Virus record (IMG/VR): IMGVR_UViG_3300011338_000175
Span: 1-38,076 of that record
Strand: one strand, 5' to 3'
DNA length: 38,076 nt
From: a virus
Lineage: Duplodnaviria; Caudoviricetes
The translations under genes and the position numbers were made by a program. The stretch's first letter is position 1, and the number at the start of each line of letters is the position of its first letter. Positions 24,641 to 34,617 of the stretch are shown piece after piece. The notes under the pieces were generated by a model. That model saw only the letters and a program-made list of their open reading frames with translations, was not told where the DNA came from and ran no database searches.

Positions 24641-25057
24641 TTAAACGCCGAGATTACCCGCAGCGATGAATGTATTAGCAACAGGCGCTATAAGCGAGAT
24701 GACAGCGTATTGGCCCATTGTGCTGAACAGCGACGAGTAAGACACTAAGGTCTGTCCACCAGCAGCAACAGTAACCTTGCCAGCGCCACCCTGAATGATG
24801 GTGACGTTAAACCCTGCACCCAAGCTGGCAGCACAAGTGATCGTCACCGCAGAAGCAGATGTGCAGTATATGATCTTGCCGTTGTCCGCTGCAGACAAAG
24901 TGCGTGAGGTTGTAGCAACAGTTACGATTACGCCTGTCAGCATCTGTTGCACCGTGACCTTCTTGGTCGTTGCGCTCTGAACTGCGGGAAGTTCTTCTGT
25001 CAGGGCAAGCGGAGTGGTGACCGCTGTTAACTGAGAGATTTTTTGGTCGGCCATCAT
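24641..25057 (-). CDS. Short tail fibre/appendage protein
   Basis: MADQKISQL...PAVQ N-terminus; IIQGGAGKVT...GNL. Confidence 0.7.
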   Translation of the reverse strand: MMADQKISQLTAVTTPLALTEELPAVQSATTKKVTVQQMLTGVIVTVATTSRTLSAADNGKIIYCTSASAVTITCAASLGAGFNVTIIQGGAGKVTVAAGGQTLVSYSSLFSTMGQYAVISLIAPVANTFIAAGNLGV

Positions 25058-25088
25058 TTATTCCTTTATTCGTTGCTTACTAGCAATA

Positions 25089-26351
25089 TTACTTAGAAAA
25101 TGCCTGAACTTCTGCATTGGTAATGCGTTGCGGCCAATAAGATATTTTCCGAACGTGCCCGTTGATGTTTCTGGTAGCGGTTGCTCCATCGCCTATATGT
25201 AGAACATCCATAGCTGCTGGGTTAGCACCAGAAACGTCTGTTTGTGCTGAAGCACCATTAACAGACAAAGCAAAATTATTAACTGCATAACCAAAACATT
25301 CGGTGGCTACGGTGTTAGCGGTAATCTGAACTCCAGTTTGGATGGATACTGTATCAACGCCAGATGCGCGGCCTATAAGCTGTTCTCCAAAGCTGCTATT
25401 TCCGCTGAGAATAAAAAAGTCAGTCACGGCGGTATTTGTGACACGCAACGTTCTTGGTTGTCCGCCGCTAAAGGATGCTGAAATTGCCGAAATTCTGTCA
25501 AAGGAAACGGCAAACGCACCGGCAGATTGATTATACCAACTACTAAAGTTTGTCCCAGTCATGCTCACAACGTCAGCGTTGCGTGTCACGGCAAGTGTAG
25601 TTGTGGGGATGTAGCTAGTGGAAAATGATCCTGCTTCTAGTTGAGCGCCATAAACTCCGAGTGTTCCTGTTCCAGCAGCATTGTCTGGGAATATGGACGC
25701 TCCTAGTGGTACACTAGCCCCAGCACCAGCAGTTCCGACACCTGTAATGCGATACCAACCATTACCCGCGTCAACAAATGACCATGTTCCGGTAAGACCA
25801 CCCAAAACAGGAACGCTTCCGCTCCATGTCAGCGCGGTCATTTGAATAAAGTTAGTGCCGTTGAGATTATCTCGAACCAAAATACGAGAACTAGTTGCAG
25901 TGCCTTTTTTGACAAAGATTGAAAATGCGTATGTTGTCGCGCCAGGGGCTAAAAGTGCCTGTCTCCGCATAGAACCTGTTCCGCCCGTTGAGGCGGTCAG
26001 CGTTGCGCCGCTTGTTCCGCCATCTGGAGAAACAAGATTAACAGCTACAGTTGCGTTATTTGGTGCGCCGTCATCCCACACAGCATTTGCAAAATCATTT
26101 GACCGCAGAATCCGATTTTGACGGCTTTCTTCAATCAGCAGCCCCTTACAAGCTAACGTAGAAGGATTGTAATCAAACCTTGGTAAATTAGCATTAACAA
26201 CAGCTATGAATCCAGCGCTATTTACGGCGGTTGCTGTGTCTAAAGCGCGAGTTATGGTCACCCTGCTATCGAGCGATGCAGTGGTAAAATCTAGCGCCAT
26301 GCGTGGAAGAACACGCTCAGTTGCCGTTGGAGAATATGCAGGAGTAATCAT
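25089..26351 (-). CDS. Fibre/spike protein with carbohydrate-binding and LamG-like domains
   Basis: PRFDY...GLLIEESRQN, GNGWYR, QLEAGSFSTSYIPTT...TRNAD. Confidence 0.75.
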   Translation of the reverse strand: MITPAYSPTATERVLPRMALDFTTASLDSRVTITRALDTATAVNSAGFIAVVNANLPRFDYNPSTLACKGLLIEESRQNRILRSNDFANAVWDDGAPNNATVAVNLVSPDGGTSGATLTASTGGTGSMRRQALLAPGATTYAFSIFVKKGTATSSRILVRDNLNGTNFIQMTALTWSGSVPVLGGLTGTWSFVDAGNGWYRITGVGTAGAGASVPLGASIFPDNAAGTGTLGVYGAQLEAGSFSTSYIPTTTLAVTRNADVVSMTGTNFSSWYNQSAGAFAVSFDRISAISASFSGGQPRTLRVTNTAVTDFFILSGNSSFGEQLIGRASGVDTVSIQTGVQITANTVATECFGYAVNNFALSVNGASAQTDVSGANPAAMDVLHIGDGATATRNINGHVRKISYWPQRITNAEVQAFSK

Positions 26352-28313
26352 TTATACCCCCGTCACACGGAACCAAGCGGCCCATGTGGTAGCGTCAATG
26401 GCTTTGCGGAAATAAAAATCGTCTAAAGCGGTTCCACTATAATCAGGATAGAAAAACTGGATTGTAGCAGCTTCAGAATTACTAGATGGTCGGCGCGTTT
26501 CCACCATGCCAGTATCGTTACCAGTTACAACCGCATCGTTTTGAAAGCGCGTTTGAGAAACGCCATAAGGGTATGTATTAGGTGCGTCCACAATAGGTTT
26601 AAGGTTGAATGTAGAACCCGCGAAGTTGTTTTGGAGCGCCCGAAAATTATGTGTCTCTGTGTTGGGGTGGTAGTTGTTATTCCATATGTTAGTCGCAACA
26701 ACCTGTGTCCCCTGCACAACAACAATCTCATTCGAGATTGATCCTAAAAACTGATTTCCAATAATCGAAATTTCTTGGATAGTGTTGCCCACCAAACCAA
26801 GTGACATGTGCGACTGAGTCGCCCCGCGTAGAGTATTGTTGCGGAAATTAAGCGTCGTAATGTTGTTGCTTACAAGCACAGGAACCGTCACGTTAGAGAC
26901 CAACATATTACCGACAATGTCGATCTCTTTAGATGTTCTTCCAGCAGTAGTGTTGTCGCCAATCAAAATACGACCGTAGCCTGATGTAGAGGCAAACGTA
27001 GAGTTGTCCACGATGGAAAGCCCATACACAGAACCACCAGGGTGGAACAAAATATGTTCGCAGTCTGTGATGGTGTTATCGGCTATGATGACCGCGTTAG
27101 GGACTGTGCCTAGCGTGTTGCTGCAATACAGACTGACAGCATTGTTGGTGGCAAATGTATTTCCAATTACAATGATGTTTGCCCAGTTTGCGTTAGCAAT
27201 GTTATCAACAGAGATGGCGACGTGACCGCGATTTCCGCCGCAGTTGCTGAATTTGTTACCGCTGATGGTGACGTTTTTGATAATACCAAATGCATCATCT
27301 GGCTCAAGACAAACGCAACCAGGCATATCATTACGTGACCAGTTGCGGAACACGTTACCTTCAATGGTGGCACGGTCAACGTCGATGAAGCTTATAGCGT
27401 TACGGCCACCAGTTGCGCCAGAAAGCACGCCATCAAACACACAATCACGGATCACAACATCGAAGTTATGTCGTTCTGTCCCACCGCCTGCGCCGGAACC
27501 AATCAAAACCGCATCTGAACGTGGGCCTTCAAAGAAGCATTTTTCGATAACAACACGACGCACACCGTTCATACGCAATAAATGGCCGTATGTTTCATTA
27601 TGGCCAAGCGTAGCAACATCCCCAAGGAATTTGAGGTTACTGAATTTTACATCGTCAATAAACGCTGAAGAACTGCCGCTGTCAAAATTGATGCAGCTAC
27701 TTGCAGGGTTATAGGAAAACCGCTTAATGATGCTCTTTTCGCCATCGCCGTAGACGTTATAGCCAGTGCCGCTAGTTATTAGGCAACCAGACGAGTTTCC
27801 AGCGTCAACGCAATATGTGCCTTCAGGAACATAGACGTTTGATGCAGCAGTCATGGCTGCAAGAAATGCTACAGTATCGTCCGTCACACCATCGCCAACA
27901 GCCCCAAAGTCCTTGACCGAGACAGTCTGAGATAGTTTATCCTGCACCGTATATCCGCTTGTAACCGCGCCAGTAAATGGCGGATCATACTCTATACTAG
28001 CAGCGCCAACACCAAGCCCAGTGCCTTCTGGGAAACTATAGACAAACAAGTTTTTGCTATCATTGACGGTGATTGAGAAGTCATTTGCATCAACGTAAAG
28101 CTGCGTTGGAGTGCCATTACGATAAACGTAACCATTGCTTGTCTTGAGCGGCTGTGACGCAGTTATGGTCAACGCATCGTCATAATAGACTTGAAGCGGG
28201 TTCGTCACAGGATCGAGGTTAGCAACACCAATATAGATATTGCCATTATCTAGAGGCTGTCCATCACGGTCATAAAAGACGGGATATGGAACTTGAATAG
28301 AGAGAGCTGCCAT
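26352..28313 (-). CDS. Tailspike: P22-type head-binding domain plus beta-helix depolymerase
   Basis: NGNIYIG..NLDPV; SVKDFGAVGDGVTDDT; repeated IxGN beta-helix rungs. Confidence 0.88.
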   Translation of the reverse strand: MAALSIQVPYPVFYDRDGQPLDNGNIYIGVANLDPVTNPLQVYYDDALTITASQPLKTSNGYVYRNGTPTQLYVDANDFSITVNDSKNLFVYSFPEGTGLGVGAASIEYDPPFTGAVTSGYTVQDKLSQTVSVKDFGAVGDGVTDDTVAFLAAMTAASNVYVPEGTYCVDAGNSSGCLITSGTGYNVYGDGEKSIIKRFSYNPASSCINFDSGSSSAFIDDVKFSNLKFLGDVATLGHNETYGHLLRMNGVRRVVIEKCFFEGPRSDAVLIGSGAGGGTERHNFDVVIRDCVFDGVLSGATGGRNAISFIDVDRATIEGNVFRNWSRNDMPGCVCLEPDDAFGIIKNVTISGNKFSNCGGNRGHVAISVDNIANANWANIIVIGNTFATNNAVSLYCSNTLGTVPNAVIIADNTITDCEHILFHPGGSVYGLSIVDNSTFASTSGYGRILIGDNTTAGRTSKEIDIVGNMLVSNVTVPVLVSNNITTLNFRNNTLRGATQSHMSLGLVGNTIQEISIIGNQFLGSISNEIVVVQGTQVVATNIWNNNYHPNTETHNFRALQNNFAGSTFNLKPIVDAPNTYPYGVSQTRFQNDAVVTGNDTGMVETRRPSSNSEAATIQFFYPDYSGTALDDFYFRKAIDATTWAAWFRVTGV

Positions 28314-28371
28314 TAGAACTTAATCCCTTGCGTCTTTGGGCTTATAGCTGAAATTATGTTACTGCGAAAGG

Positions 28372-31131
28372 TCATTGTGGCATTTCTACAGTTGGTGATT
28401 CTTCCTCAGATTTCACGGCAGAAAGTGTTGCAACTATTGGTGCAAACTTCTCGTTAATCTTTCCTATAATTACCCGCTCTTGTTCGCTTCCAGCTTTAGT
28501 TTTATCTAGTGCAGCAAAAAGAGTTCGGATAGGTTTGCTTTCATATAGGCGAGCACCTGCGGTAAAGGCAGCCGCAAGACCTGTTCCTACGCCTCCAGTT
28601 GTAAGAGTGTCTGCACCTATGCCAAATAATCCCGCCATTATCGGAATATAATTTTCCTGACCGCTTTGCGTCATAATTGGAGCTTGGCCACCTCTGCGAG
28701 TAGCATTCAATGCCCGAACTAATCCCTTTAGGTCTTTTTGTTGGGAATCAGAGAAAAACACCCCAATTTGGTTTGCTTGCTTTTCTACCTGCGAAACAAA
28801 TTTTTCAGGGCTAACAGAGCCTGTTCCCATTTTTTCAGCAATGCGATTAACGACAGCCATTCGAGCCAAAGACTGTCCTTCTGGCGTCAATGCTCTGTAA
28901 AAAGCAGCAACATCACTTTTCTTGCCACTGAAAAGCATGGCTTCAATAGTTTGCGGATCTGCTTCACCGCGCTGCAAAATAGCTTTAAGAGACTTGCGCT
29001 TGGCTTCTTCTAAGCCCGCACTTAATCGCGCATTTGCAACACGCCACTTAGTGTAATCCTGCTTACCGCCATTCTGTAAAATGAATTGACCGATGTCTTC
29101 ATTTAATGGCCCATAAACGTTTCTAACAGCCCTTTGCACAAGGTTAGATGCGCCAATGGACAAATTGGCATCATTAAAGGCATTACCTAACTCATCACTT
29201 CGGAACGATTCCATTTGGTAAATGTCTCTATCATCAACTAACTTTTGACGTAACTCCTGCAATTTCGCAACAGCTTCATCTCCAGCAGTCGTTCTTCGAC
29301 TGGATAGTATTGCAATTTGCTCATCAATTTTTTGCAAAGCGTTAGTTGGGGGAACAGCGCCAGCCGTTGATACGTTGGAGAAAACTTCTTTTTTGCTAGT
29401 GGAATATTTATCCAGTGTATCAGCATTTTTGCGAACGGCATCCGCAACTAATCTTTCGGAAGCATCTTTTGGAATTGCACCAGAATTTTCAACAAGAAAA
29501 TCTCTTACGGCATCTTCACGCGCCTGTTGTTGGGTGGCACGGAGTCCTCCGGTTCCAACAATAGGAATGCGTTCAGCAAGCCTTTGCGCTCCTGCTCCAA
29601 TGAATCTAGTTGGCTGTCGAGACGGAAGGTCTGACGTCATAATTGGAATATTTGCTTGCTTGCCAGCCTCAACAATTTCACGGCCAGTAGGCTGCGCTAT
29701 CAATGCTTCCATTGCAGATGTTGTCGGAGCTGTTGCAGTTGTAGGGACAGACGTAGGCCGTGGGCGAACAATGGCAGCAGGAGTAACACCACCAGCTATA
29801 CCCGCAATCGTTTGAGCAACTGGGCCACCGCCTTGCTGACGAACTACTTCAGATGCTGCTGCGCCTGTTCCACCGCCAATGATTTGCTGCGTTGGTAATT
29901 CCGTCAATGTGGCAGCTATCTGTCTACCAGCTTGAGGCAAGGTTCGAGCAGCTAGAGATGCACCGCCAAGACCAGTCATTGCAGCGCCAAGCCCACGATT
30001 GATTGCGCTTGCCAAAGGATCACCCCTTGGTGCGCCAGTTGCCTCGCGGAATGTTTCCCCAAGATTTGTCGAAAGATTTGTCCCAAGTACCGCATTAACG
30101 GCAGCATTTGCTGGATTGCCGACAATACCAAGCACATCACCAGCAGTTTGAGCTATATCACCGCCTGCTGCATACAATGATTCACCAATAGATGTCTCAC
30201 CTGGCTGAATCTGCTGAGTCCCAATTGTAGGCGGCGACAGAACTTGTGCGCCTACTCCACCAGAATTGCGAAACTCAATTGCCTGCTGCAAATCAGTTGG
30301 ATTTAAGGTTATTTGCAAATTTGCGGCTAAAGCCATTAAATCTTCTAATGAAGCATTCGCATCAAAAGCTTGTTGAAGCTGTCCAATTCTATTGTCACCG
30401 CCGGTTGCTGGCTCTGCGCCTGTTGCCGCACCAGCATCAGCTGGAACTTCTTGTGGCAAAATACGAAAATCAACATCACCAACAGTTGCCTCAACTTCTG
30501 CTGGATTATAGCCAGCGGCAATATAGCGATTGTAACGACGCTCCGTTGCCTTCTTGATAATATCAAGCCGCTTTTGAAGGTTCTCTTTTATTATTTGTGG
30601 GTCAGTGTAAGGCGCAATGGTAGTGGCTAGATAAGCTGCTTTTTCGCCATCAGTAAGCGTTGAACCGAAAAGCTTATTACGGATAATGTTGTCAGTGCTA
30701 TTAAAATCAGCCCACCAATTCCTTTGGCCTGGGGTTGCCATGCCAAAATCTAACCCAGCACCCTGCAAAGCACTTTCGGCCCCAGTAAGAAAACTGCCAG
30801 CAAAATCGTCTTGGAATCCGCCTAACGCACGAGTTAATGCCTCTACTTGACCTACATCTTCTGTAAGTTTATTTGCTGCACCTTCAGGAAAAGTCTTTGC
30901 TGCCTTTTCTGGAGCTTCAAGGCGGCTTAACTTACCAGTTGTAGTGCTGCGCTGATAAACAGCAGTAGGGTCTAGCCTTTCAGCCGCCGCTTCCTCTGGA
31001 GTCAATGTTACAAATTTTTCTTCAGGCTTTTCTGGCTTTTCAGGTTCTTTAGGAATAAGAACGCCTTGCGAAGGAGATGTATCCTGCACAGTGTCACCTG
31101 TCTTAAATCGTGCAAAGGGATTTTCAGCCAT
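28372..31131 (-). CDS. Large ejection (DNA transfer) protein, P22 gp16-like
   Basis: 919 aa, third ejection gene; C-terminal LKAILQRG...MLFSGKKSDV...SPEKF. Confidence 0.8.
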   Translation of the reverse strand: MAENPFARFKTGDTVQDTSPSQGVLIPKEPEKPEKPEEKFVTLTPEEAAAERLDPTAVYQRSTTTGKLSRLEAPEKAAKTFPEGAANKLTEDVGQVEALTRALGGFQDDFAGSFLTGAESALQGAGLDFGMATPGQRNWWADFNSTDNIIRNKLFGSTLTDGEKAAYLATTIAPYTDPQIIKENLQKRLDIIKKATERRYNRYIAAGYNPAEVEATVGDVDFRILPQEVPADAGAATGAEPATGGDNRIGQLQQAFDANASLEDLMALAANLQITLNPTDLQQAIEFRNSGGVGAQVLSPPTIGTQQIQPGETSIGESLYAAGGDIAQTAGDVLGIVGNPANAAVNAVLGTNLSTNLGETFREATGAPRGDPLASAINRGLGAAMTGLGGASLAARTLPQAGRQIAATLTELPTQQIIGGGTGAAASEVVRQQGGGPVAQTIAGIAGGVTPAAIVRPRPTSVPTTATAPTTSAMEALIAQPTGREIVEAGKQANIPIMTSDLPSRQPTRFIGAGAQRLAERIPIVGTGGLRATQQQAREDAVRDFLVENSGAIPKDASERLVADAVRKNADTLDKYSTSKKEVFSNVSTAGAVPPTNALQKIDEQIAILSSRRTTAGDEAVAKLQELRQKLVDDRDIYQMESFRSDELGNAFNDANLSIGASNLVQRAVRNVYGPLNEDIGQFILQNGGKQDYTKWRVANARLSAGLEEAKRKSLKAILQRGEADPQTIEAMLFSGKKSDVAAFYRALTPEGQSLARMAVVNRIAEKMGTGSVSPEKFVSQVEKQANQIGVFFSDSQQKDLKGLVRALNATRRGGQAPIMTQSGQENYIPIMAGLFGIGADTLTTGGVGTGLAAAFTAGARLYESKPIRTLFAALDKTKAGSEQERVIIGKINEKFAPIVATLSAVKSEEESPTVEMPQ

Positions 31132-31133
31132 AA

Positions 31134-31457
31134 TTAATCACCATATCTTTCACGAGAACGACTTACGTCAGGGGCCTTACCCCAGCCAGGGAAGGTTATG
31201 TGTAATGCACCTTTGTTACTAGCAGCAACGCGAGTACCTGGGTATGTTCGCTTCACCAATGCAATCGCTTCAGACATTTTCATTCCTTTTGGCGGGAAAA
31301 AGTCTAATCCGTCACCCGCTTGGTGCGATCCCGTCTTTGTTGTTGTTAAACCCTGCGCCCTTAATGCATCTTGATGCTTCTGCGTTCTGAATCCACTGGT
31401 AGGACGGAACCCAATCTTTCCAAGATCACCAATCGGGTTTATGTCACTGCCCTTGAA
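31134..31457 (-). CDS. M15/LAS-type peptidase domain with no start codon; candidate +1 frameshift extension of 31444..32289
   Basis: Open frame 31490..31134: TSGFRT, SHQAGDGLD (H-x6-D), ALHITF; first ATG (31283) lies after H-x6-D. Confidence 0.75.
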   Translation of the reverse strand, partial: FKGSDINPIGDLGKIGFRPTSGFRTQKHQDALRAQGLTTTKTGSHQAGDGLDFFPPKGMKMSEAIALVKRTYPGTRVAASNKGALHITFPGWGKAPDVSRSRERYGD

Positions 31458-32289
31458 AGTTACCAGACGGCTTCCCCGTCTGACCTCCTTTTAATTTTAA
31501 GTATTCCGCTGCTTTTCCCGCGCCAAAAATAGCATCAAAATCAGCTGCAGTCCCTTGGCCAGTAAGCAACATTTCTATTGCCTCTACTGGAGCAATTGCT
31601 GCTGGCGCTGGCGCATTTTCGCCATAACGCTTAAAATATTCGGAACGAGGCCCGACAAACTTTCCTCCACTTGGCGTGGCAATTTCGACAAGAGGATCAG
31701 CTTGATTAACTGCAAATGCCTCAGCAAGAGCAATGCCGCGAGGACTTTTAGGGTTAATGTCAGCTGCCACCAGGCTTTTCTGAAATGAAGTTAATTCACT
31801 ACCTTTAAATAATGCTTCATATAAATCTTTGTTGCTTCCAGCCAACTGAATCCCAAGCGTCATACTAACGGCATCAGGATTTTTATCAAATACTTGAAGC
31901 ATTGCATTTGCTGCCTTAGCTTCTTTTTCTTTACCAACAGTATTGGCATAGCCATCTGCTTGTGCTTGCAGCCGCGCACGAGCCAAATCTATATTCCCAC
32001 TTTTAGTTAGACCTATTACTTGTGACCGAAATTCGTTGTCAGCAGCTTTCTGCGCTTCATTCAATACGGATTCACTTGCCGTTATTTGTTCCCTTAGTGC
32101 GGGAAAGTCACGGAAAACCCTAGCAATGTTTTCTGGTGACCTATCAGTAGCAACAGACTGCAATGCTATTTTTGCTTTTTCATTGTTTACGTCTTCCGCC
32201 TTGCTTGCTGCGATTGAATTTCCAAACTTATAGGCTTGCTCAAAAGCAATCATAGGATTTGGTAAGGTATAGTCGTATGGTTGTGCCAT
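31444..32289 (-). CDS. Second ejection protein (P22 gp20 position)
   Basis: 281 aa, Ala/Gln-rich helical; synteny. Confidence 0.75.
   Translation of the reverse strand: MAQPYDYTLPNPMIAFEQAYKFGNSIAASKAEDVNNEKAKIALQSVATDRSPENIARVFRDFPALREQITASESVLNEAQKAADNEFRSQVIGLTKSGNIDLARARLQAQADGYANTVGKEKEAKAANAMLQVFDKNPDAVSMTLGIQLAGSNKDLYEALFKGSELTSFQKSLVAADINPKSPRGIALAEAFAVNQADPLVEIATPSGGKFVGPRSEYFKRYGENAPAPAAIAPVEAIEMLLTGQGTAADFDAIFGAGKAAEYLKLKGGQTGKPSGNFQGQ
31455..31490 (-). promoter_or_regulatory. Candidate recoding signal: internal SD, hairpin, AAC_TTT_C
   Basis: AAGGAGGT-CAGACGG-GGAAG-CCGTCTG-GT-AAC-TTT-C. Confidence 0.6.
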
Positions 32290-32924
32290 TAGAAAAGCTT
32301 CCCAAATGCTGCTTGGCCTTCTTTACTAACGCCAAAGCCAGTGAGTGTATTCAGAGATTGATTGAAAGCACCCGCTTGACCTAATGCAGAAGCTGCCCTT
32401 GCTTGCCCTGCATTGGTATATGCGTTGCCGATATTACTTGCAGCAGTCATGCTATTGGCTCCAACGCCAGCCGCCGATGCTTGACCAACCTTGGTTAGAT
32501 CGCCCAAGCGACTGTATTGCTGCTCAAGAAACTGATTTAACAACGCTGGACGGAACTGAGCTAATGCGCCCTGTACGTTACCGCCGCGAAGCCCACCAGT
32601 TGCAGAAGCGTTCGCTAGGATTGCGTTCTCACCCTGTTGAGCCATAGATTGAAAGAAAGGGCTTTGCTCTTGCTGCGATACATAAGCTTGCTGTGCCTCT
32701 GGCCCTGATAGCCCCAACGCTGCCATCTGTGCTTGCAGTGCTGGTGTGCCAGCGGAAACATATGGATTAAGCAGAGTCCGCATTTCTTCACGAGCTGCAC
32801 GCTGTTCAGCCGCAGCAGCATCAGCCGCCTGCACTTGCGCCTTGCCAGCCTTACTTGCTGCGCTCATAGAAACAGCGCCGCCAATCACTGCGCTTCCAAT
32901 AACTGCTGCTGCTACTGCACTCAT
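32289..32924 (-). CDS. P22 gp7-like ejection protein, allele B
   Basis: Hydrophobic Ala/Gly N-terminus; ASATGGLRGGN; 211 aa. Confidence 0.85.
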   Translation of the reverse strand: MSAVAAAVIGSAVIGGAVSMSAASKAGKAQVQAADAAAAEQRAAREEMRTLLNPYVSAGTPALQAQMAALGLSGPEAQQAYVSQQEQSPFFQSMAQQGENAILANASATGGLRGGNVQGALAQFRPALLNQFLEQQYSRLGDLTKVGQASAAGVGANSMTAASNIGNAYTNAGQARAASALGQAGAFNQSLNTLTGFGVSKEGQAAFGKLF

Positions 32925-32925
32925 A

Positions 32926-33813
32926 TCAATAACCCCCTATCGTCACGATTAAAGCCTGACGATAATCTACTGTAATTTCTTCGCCGTTGCTGCCGCCCTT
33001 GCATCCTGAGATGTCGCGCATTGCAACAACATATATATCACCATTTTCCATACGGAACATCATCGCATTTGGATTCTTTGAATGATTAGTATAACGCCCT
33101 GCTGGTGTGCGTAGTCCGCCCATCAATGCTGGCGCAATTACTTCAAATTGTGGAATGTTACCAGACGCAAACAATCCCTTGCCTTCGATCTGGCTATCAC
33201 CCAACGCAACCTTATACTCGCCATGCGGAAACGGAATCTGGTCATATTGTAATTCAGATATTTCCCGCACTGTCTCAGCGTCAAAACCAAACTGCTCAAT
33301 CGCTGCGTAAAAGTCAGCAATATCCTCAGAATGGTCAAAGCTTAACAGCATCTGGTTAAATTTCTTTGATTCCTGCCATGACTCGCTTTTGTCTAGAAAC
33401 ATTTCATCAAGCGTATCAACATCGCGTTCATCAGTTGCAAAGACGTTCTGCCATATCACATCTTCGTGGATGTAGGCTATCTTGCGGCCAGGAGGTGCAA
33501 TGAACGACTGTGGAGCAACTAGCTCTGTCTTTGTGCCATCATCGTTTAAGATAGTCAGGCGTCCAGATAGCATATTGTTGAAATGAGTGGTCTTGTGATG
33601 ATGGCCTACTATATAGGAATCTGCTGGCATACGAACTTCACGGATATAAATACCTGGCGCAAAGCGATGCGTGATAGGGCAATCAGCTTGCGGTAAATCA
33701 AGAAGTGCCGACTCTAGACGCTGAACATCAGACTCGTTAAAAGCCTTTGTGAAAGGCTCAATAAGAGTGCTTTCGACTGTCTCAATGTCTTTTGTGCGGC
33801 ATATTGCAGTCAC
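32926..33813 (-). CDS. Cupin-like domain fused to SET-domain methyltransferase (variable slot, allele B)
   Basis: HRFAPGIYIRE...GHHHKTTH cupin-like; SET motifs EGKGLFA, RYTNHSKNPN, GEEITVDY. Confidence 0.85.
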   Translation of the reverse strand: MTAICRTKDIETVESTLIEPFTKAFNESDVQRLESALLDLPQADCPITHRFAPGIYIREVRMPADSYIVGHHHKTTHFNNMLSGRLTILNDDGTKTELVAPQSFIAPPGRKIAYIHEDVIWQNVFATDERDVDTLDEMFLDKSESWQESKKFNQMLLSFDHSEDIADFYAAIEQFGFDAETVREISELQYDQIPFPHGEYKVALGDSQIEGKGLFASGNIPQFEVIAPALMGGLRTPAGRYTNHSKNPNAMMFRMENGDIYVVAMRDISGCKGGSNGEEITVDYRQALIVTIGGY

Positions 33814-33831
33814 AGCATAACCTTTACGAAA

Positions 33832-33880
33832 TGAGCCACAGGCTGCTCTTTAAGGCTCTGTGGCAAAACCATATCACAAT
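33832..33880 (-). promoter_or_regulatory. Extended -10-like element plus leader hairpin (copy B)
   Basis: Matches 627..675 except two changes in the apical part. Confidence 0.55.
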
Positions 33881-34281
33881 TAATCTTCAAATTCAAAGTC
33901 TCTTTCTTCTTGTGCTTGACAAGCGCGAAGATCATGACAGATGAACTCAAACTTATGGCAGTAGCCACGGAATCCAGCGTCAACATCCCACTCGTTAAAT
34001 GGAATCTTTTCCATCTTGGCTTGGGTCATTGTTGAGTTATCATAATACTCGCAGTTAGAACATCTGCGCCGACGAGCCTCAGCTTCATCGACTTGCATAG
34101 CCACACCTAGTGCTACCCAGTATTCAGGATTAGCGCCACGCTCGTTGCTGGGGTTCTCTGGGCCAAGCATCCAATCGTCAATGACGATCTTGGTGTTCTT
34201 CTTATTCTCAGCGGTGGTGATGAATGGTTCGCTTTCGCGCATACCCGCGAAGCCTTCAATCATAATCATTGGCTTTTTCAT
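33880..34281 (-). CDS. Cys-rich conserved phage protein, allele B
   Basis: Homolog of 675..1076. Confidence 0.75.
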   Translation of the reverse strand: MKKPMIMIEGFAGMRESEPFITTAENKKNTKIVIDDWMLGPENPSNERGANPEYWVALGVAMQVDEAEARRRRCSNCEYYDNSTMTQAKMEKIPFNEWDVDAGFRGYCHKFEFICHDLRACQAQEERDFEFED

Positions 34282-34616
34282 TACGATATTTCCCGTCCAG
34301 ATGCGCGGATGTTGATTGCTGATGCAGTGCCAGCAATGGTTGAAATAAATCCGCCTGTAATAATTACCTGACCGACTAACTCAGGAAACGTATAGGTTTC
34401 CGATGGTTGAAGCGTCTTGGTCTTGACGATTAGGTTGTCATTTCCTGCGCTGCCAGATGCCGCCACCAGGTTTACGCTAATCGTCGCAGCCGTTGCGGTG
34501 TAATTCGTAGCAGTAAACTTGTCGATGATAGCAGTAACGTTTGTCGCAGTATATTGCGCTGTCTGCGTATTCTCAGCAGTCTTTGCTGGAATCAGAACTT
34601 TAGTTGAAACAGCCAT
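34281..34616 (-). CDS. Small virion protein (copy of 1076..1411)
   Basis: One T/S difference. Confidence 0.75.
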   Translation of the reverse strand: MAVSTKVLIPAKTAENTQTAQYTATNVTAIIDKFTATNYTATAATISVNLVAASGSAGNDNLIVKTKTLQPSETYTFPELVGQVIITGGFISTIAGTASAINIRASGREIS

Positions 34617-34617
34617 A

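Noticed and set aside
31439-31447. GTG overlapping the TGA as start of the peptidase
   Set aside because: Wrong frame; reads GTG ACA TAA
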